Assembly (NCBI GenBank): GCA_002633005.1
Contig: NMRA01000714.1
Location: 125,634 to 186,237 of the forward strand
DNA from: Phoronis australis
Lineage: Eukaryota > Animalia > Phoronida
Length of the DNA: 60,604 nt
Reading direction: 5' to 3'
In this document: piece after piece, positions 56,901 to 60,604 of the stretch
How the letters are laid out: every line of letters begins with the position of its first letter
How positions within the stretch are numbered: the stretch's first letter is position 1
Position numbers and translations under genes: made by a program
Notes under the pieces: generated by a model
What the model was told of the DNA's origin: nothing
Database searches by the model: none
What the model saw: the letters and a program-made list of their open reading frames with translations, nothing else

Positions 56901-59255
56901 ATAGAAAAAAATAATACATCTGTGAATAAAGTACGAAACAAATATGCAAAAACTTTAAGGGAACTTAGTTAAGGCGTTATTTGGAACTGTTCCACGCAAC
57001 CGGGCAGTTAAGCTTTGTCATCGCTAACCGTTGTCGATTAGGTAAATTTGTTTACGACATTGGGACCACTGATACAAGAAGTCACCGACAATAGCAGCTG
57101 TGGTAGTAACAGTTCGAGGCTACAACAACCAGATGACGGAAATTCGCATTCTGTTTGTTCTGCGCATGCACACTAAACCTAAACCTTCATCTGTAAAGAA
57201 ATTTGACATGAACTAGAAAGCGAGCCAAGAGTGATCGCAATGACGTCTAGCTGCGTCACTTCTTTTCTACTTACCAGAAATGTCATGTATGAAATTTTAG
57301 GTAGCGTTTGGTTGATAACTAACTTGAATGCTACTGACGTCAAAAGTAACGTGAAGGAGAGCTGAAGACGATTCTCTGGTTTGTCCCAGTCTACTGAGAA
57401 TGTTGCGAACGATAGACCCACGGTTAAAAACTGAAATACGAAACAAGCTCGTAAAATCTGAGTCAAGGCTTAACATGAAATTTTAAGAGCTTGGTCAGAA
57501 AAAACAATAAGTATACTAAACACTACATAAGGAAACCGTTACCTGTGAATAATAGATTGAATATAAGTGCATGGGCAAAAACTGTGACCCTCCCCCCCCC
57601 CTTCCGGTTTTTTCATAAATGGGCGGCTTACAGGTCACCTGGGCTCTGTTTCATGAAAAGTGACGTAATATTAAGATATTAAGTAAGCGATTTGGTCTTA
57701 CGTTCCACAAAATCATTTCTGAAAAATAATGAAATCTCATAATTATTTGCAAAAGTGTCTGAGAATATACGCATGGGGGTAGTTAATTTTTATAAATTAT
57801 GTCTAGACTGTGATATGCTCAAACTAACTTTTTAGCAATTTTGAAGTGGGATCATAGTAATAAATTTCGACTTGAGTCTAAGTCACTGCCATAAAACAGG
57901 GCCTAGAACAAAAATGTTACCTTGGCGGTAAGAAAATATGGCTGTCAACAGACGAAATTTAACATGTGCCCCCGTAAATTGCACTGATAATAGGACTGAA
58001 TTTATCTAAATGGTATTAGTACAAGATCAGAAGTTTATTGACAGGTAAGTCTGAACTTCAGTGTATTTACACTCAAAAGTTAGGGCCAGCTCCCTACAGT
58101 AACTATCGGTTAGTAAGCTACCCATGAGCAGTGGCGGTTTGAGGGGGGGGGCAATGGAGCCATGACCACCTCAAAATTCTCTGGGATTCCATTTGACAGT
58201 TCGTGCAAATGTCTGGCAAAATCCTGGATAATAATCTCCCCCCCCCCACTTATTAAAATCCTTGCTTCTGCCCCTGATGAGAACAGCCAACCTTGCTCCA
58301 GAGGTCCGGGTCGATGGACCAAAAAGTCTCTATGGTAACACGGATTTGTAAGAAAGGACAAAAACGTTGGTTTTGCTCACTAAATGGATACTAGACACTG
58401 TTTGGCCTCTCAACCTATCTTAGAAACAACTCGGTGTCCCATCCAGCTCTCTAAAACAAAACAAAATAGTACCCTGTAGCCCTTCTCAATATATAGAGGC
58501 CTACACACATTTATACATATGCATATATCTATATACCCTGTTGTTTCGAAAAATGGAGCCGATCGTCTGGCGTTGATCGCTTACCGTGAAACTGTACATG
58601 TTGACGAGGAAGTACCACGGCCTCCTGGCGGCCCTACAACGTACTAGGAACATAGGCTTTTTGTGGTTACTGTCTCCAACTAACATGTCGTCACTGTACT
58701 CGTCTCTAAAATGAACGTTTTGGAAAGTCTTTGGGTCATTGAAATCGCTTGATGTCCTATCGCTGATATAGGATCACGTCCAGAGAGAGAATGACAACGA
58801 GCAGGAATACTAAAATGCTCGAGTGGTTGATCCAGTCGTCGTTGCCCCCACGGTCACCCTCAACATTATAGAACAACATTGTTTTTTGAAGTTTTTCCTT
58901 TACCGTTGTATAAGCTGGGTATTGTGTTTCACGTGTGATTTAGTAAATCGTCACAGGAGAAGTGAGATTGATTTGCAATAACTCCGTCGACAAAATATGT
59001 GTTCTATCGACTGTTTGTGTGTTATCTCTCAAATTAAGCCATTATTAAATTGAAAATGGCTGTGCCGTGACTTGCAATACTCAGGCTTAAAATTATAATT
59101 TCAGAATCTCACTTGACTACTTCGATGTGTTTATAAAGACACCATTCTTGTTCGTCGACGAACGATCGCTTGCAGACCCTGTGCATGTCAGATGGATCAT
59201 TTGCGAAGTCCACTTCATCAGTGTACCGTTCGGAGGCCACGATTACTGATAGGTC
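53676..59255 (-). CDS. Pentameric ligand-gated ion channel subunit, ELIC/GLIC-like (probable Cys-less/Pro-loop clade), 5'-partial
   Basis: Minus-strand exons 59255-59113, 58705-58585, 57430-57275, 55782-55609, 53927-53676 (846 nt, GT-AG, phases match). Encodes the end of the ligand-binding domain (DLSVIVASER...FVDEQEW...RCRAARRPWYF), M1, M2 (ENRLQLSFTLLLTSVAFK), LPKISYMTFLD, M3, a very short M3-M4 linker, M4 and an 83-aa tail. Confidence 0.9.
55609..55782 (-). CDS. pLGIC exon (M3, short linker, M4)
   Basis: tgcag/gtaagt on minus, phase 0-0. Confidence 0.9.
57275..57430 (-). CDS. pLGIC exon (M1-M2 and M2-M3 loop LPKISY)
   Basis: ttcag/gtaagt on minus, phase 0-0. Confidence 0.92.
57642..57903. 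mobile_element. Degenerate Harbinger-type MITE
   Basis: GGCTCTGTTTCATG ... CATAAAACAGGGCC termini, with internal gtgac/gtcac inverted motifs. Confidence 0.5.
58129..58276. mobile_element. MITE, CAGTGGCGG/CTGCCCCTG termini, 5-bp TSD ATGAG
   Basis: atgag at 58124-58128 and 58277-58281. Confidence 0.78.
58585..58705 (-). CDS. pLGIC exon (loop C / pre-M1 RRPWYF / start of M1)
   Basis: tttag/gtaagc on minus, phase 2-0. Confidence 0.88.
59113..59255 (-). CDS. pLGIC exon (DLSVIVASER...FVDEQEWCLYKHIEVV)
   Basis: ttcag/gtgaga on minus, phase 0-2. Confidence 0.88.
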
Positions 59256-60604
59256 CTGAAAAAGCAAGCGAGTTGATGGCGTATAATCCATATATAACGA
59301 ACATACACGTGAGTATTATATCCGTTCGTGTAATACTAGTATTGGACGCCCATTGTTTTGAGTTTACTTCCCGTTAATTGTCGTTGCATGTTTCAGGAAC
59401 AAGTGGTTGTGGATCATTCTGAAACTGGATCAAATCGGTTTCAAATTGCGGTGTTCAGATAATCCGGAACGACTCGCGTTTACATTATGAAAAGGCACGC
59501 GCGTCTGAAAAATTTGCACCAGAAGCACCTTGCCTCTGATTTCGATCATGTGTTGGGACAGTGCAATCAGGAAAATCAAAGCGTCTGTCGTAGCTAGTTT
59601 AAATTGATTTTGTTCCAGTCCTGTGGCTCGTCTGCTCTGACCGAAAAGTTGCGTTCGTATTTATTTCAAAACTTCGAAAAATTCTTTGAGAATCGCTTAA
59701 CAGGAATAATTTCTACTAATCCGCTACCTCTCCGAACAAATGAAAAATCCCTGCAACTTACGTCGGCTCCTGTTGACAAGCCTTGAGAATGCCCCTGTGA
59801 GACAAGAATGCGCATGCCCTTCACTGCAATTAGTTGATTAACAAGGGACCTACAGCATCCGTGTGTTAATAGAATAAACAAAGGTCGGAACAATACCATG
59901 CATGTTCCAACAGCATTTTGGTTTTAGACGACACAAACCATCGAAATTTTAATCAAATAATCAAACCGTGGAGCTCATGAATGAATTTCCCCGGGATTAA
60001 TCCACCCACGGTTGATCGAACTGACACTTGCAGTTATTTTGTGTCTCAATGGAAAAATACAGTAAAAAATTTCTTGAATAAACAGCGGAATCATTGCAAG
60101 CCATTTCCCCCTTGGGATAGCAACTATAAAATTTCGAATCAAAAGGACTTACTTAATGGGTCGAAATTGGCATAGTGGGTTTGAACATATTAAGTTACTT
60201 CACATCACGTCTTCAATAAGTATCTTATATGCTGTACTACAGCTATGGAAGCCATGGCGTGGTCATCCACTATGGCTTGGTTCAGCTACGTATGTGCTGT
60301 TGAAACCTAGGCATGGTTGATGTCTTCTTATGGGTCGGTGCGCACTCGTTTGCCAAAAATGAAGACCCCTTGCTAGACTCTCTCTCAACAACAAATTTCA
60401 ACATTCTGGAATTCTTTCAAAGCCGAACGTGAATTTTAAAACTGGTAGTGCTCTCAAAATTAAAATAGACTTCATAGATTCGTAAACGTTTCTTTGGAGA
60501 AGTACTCATGGATCAGGAAGCATTAATTATAAAACTTGAAGAATTCAGTGGTAGCAGAAATGTGGACTTAGGCTCCACACAGCTTTTATTGAAAATAGTA
60601 AAAT

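Noticed and set aside
59762-59823. Possible further pLGIC exon on minus (AG...GTAAGT)
   Set aside because: The phase-0 translation (KGMRILVSQGHSQGLSTGAD) lacks the expected FPxDxQ loop that should precede DLSVIV.

Overview
Intron-rich invertebrate animal genomic DNA (repeat style and gene set suggest a lophotrochozoan; this is inference) with three assembly gaps (6565-6939, 33953-33969, 43824-44488). Three spliced genes were rebuilt by hand from GT-AG sites and reading-frame continuity. (1) CASD1, a sialate O-acetyltransferase / Cas1p-family gene on + with 18 coding exons at 4506-31727; the first coding exon was not found and probably lies upstream. (2) A complete 5-exon, 167-aa CXorf65/C22orf15-like gene on + at 37639-49061. 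(3) The last 5 exons (281 aa) of an ELIC/GLIC-like, probably Cys-less pentameric ligand-gated ion channel on - at 59255-53676, tail-to-tail with gene 2. Introns and intergenic DNA hold two solo LTRs, Helentron-type (HINE-like) elements with satellite arrays, tRNA-derived SINEs, MITEs with 5-bp or CTG target duplications, a Penelope GIY-YIG remnant, long hairpins and many minisatellites, several directly at splice sites. The best leads are the prokaryote-like channel with an unusual basic tail after M4, a triplicated CASD1 splice donor, and a G-U-compensated hairpin in the CASD1 3' UTR. I see no clear evidence of a wholly new multi-gene system.
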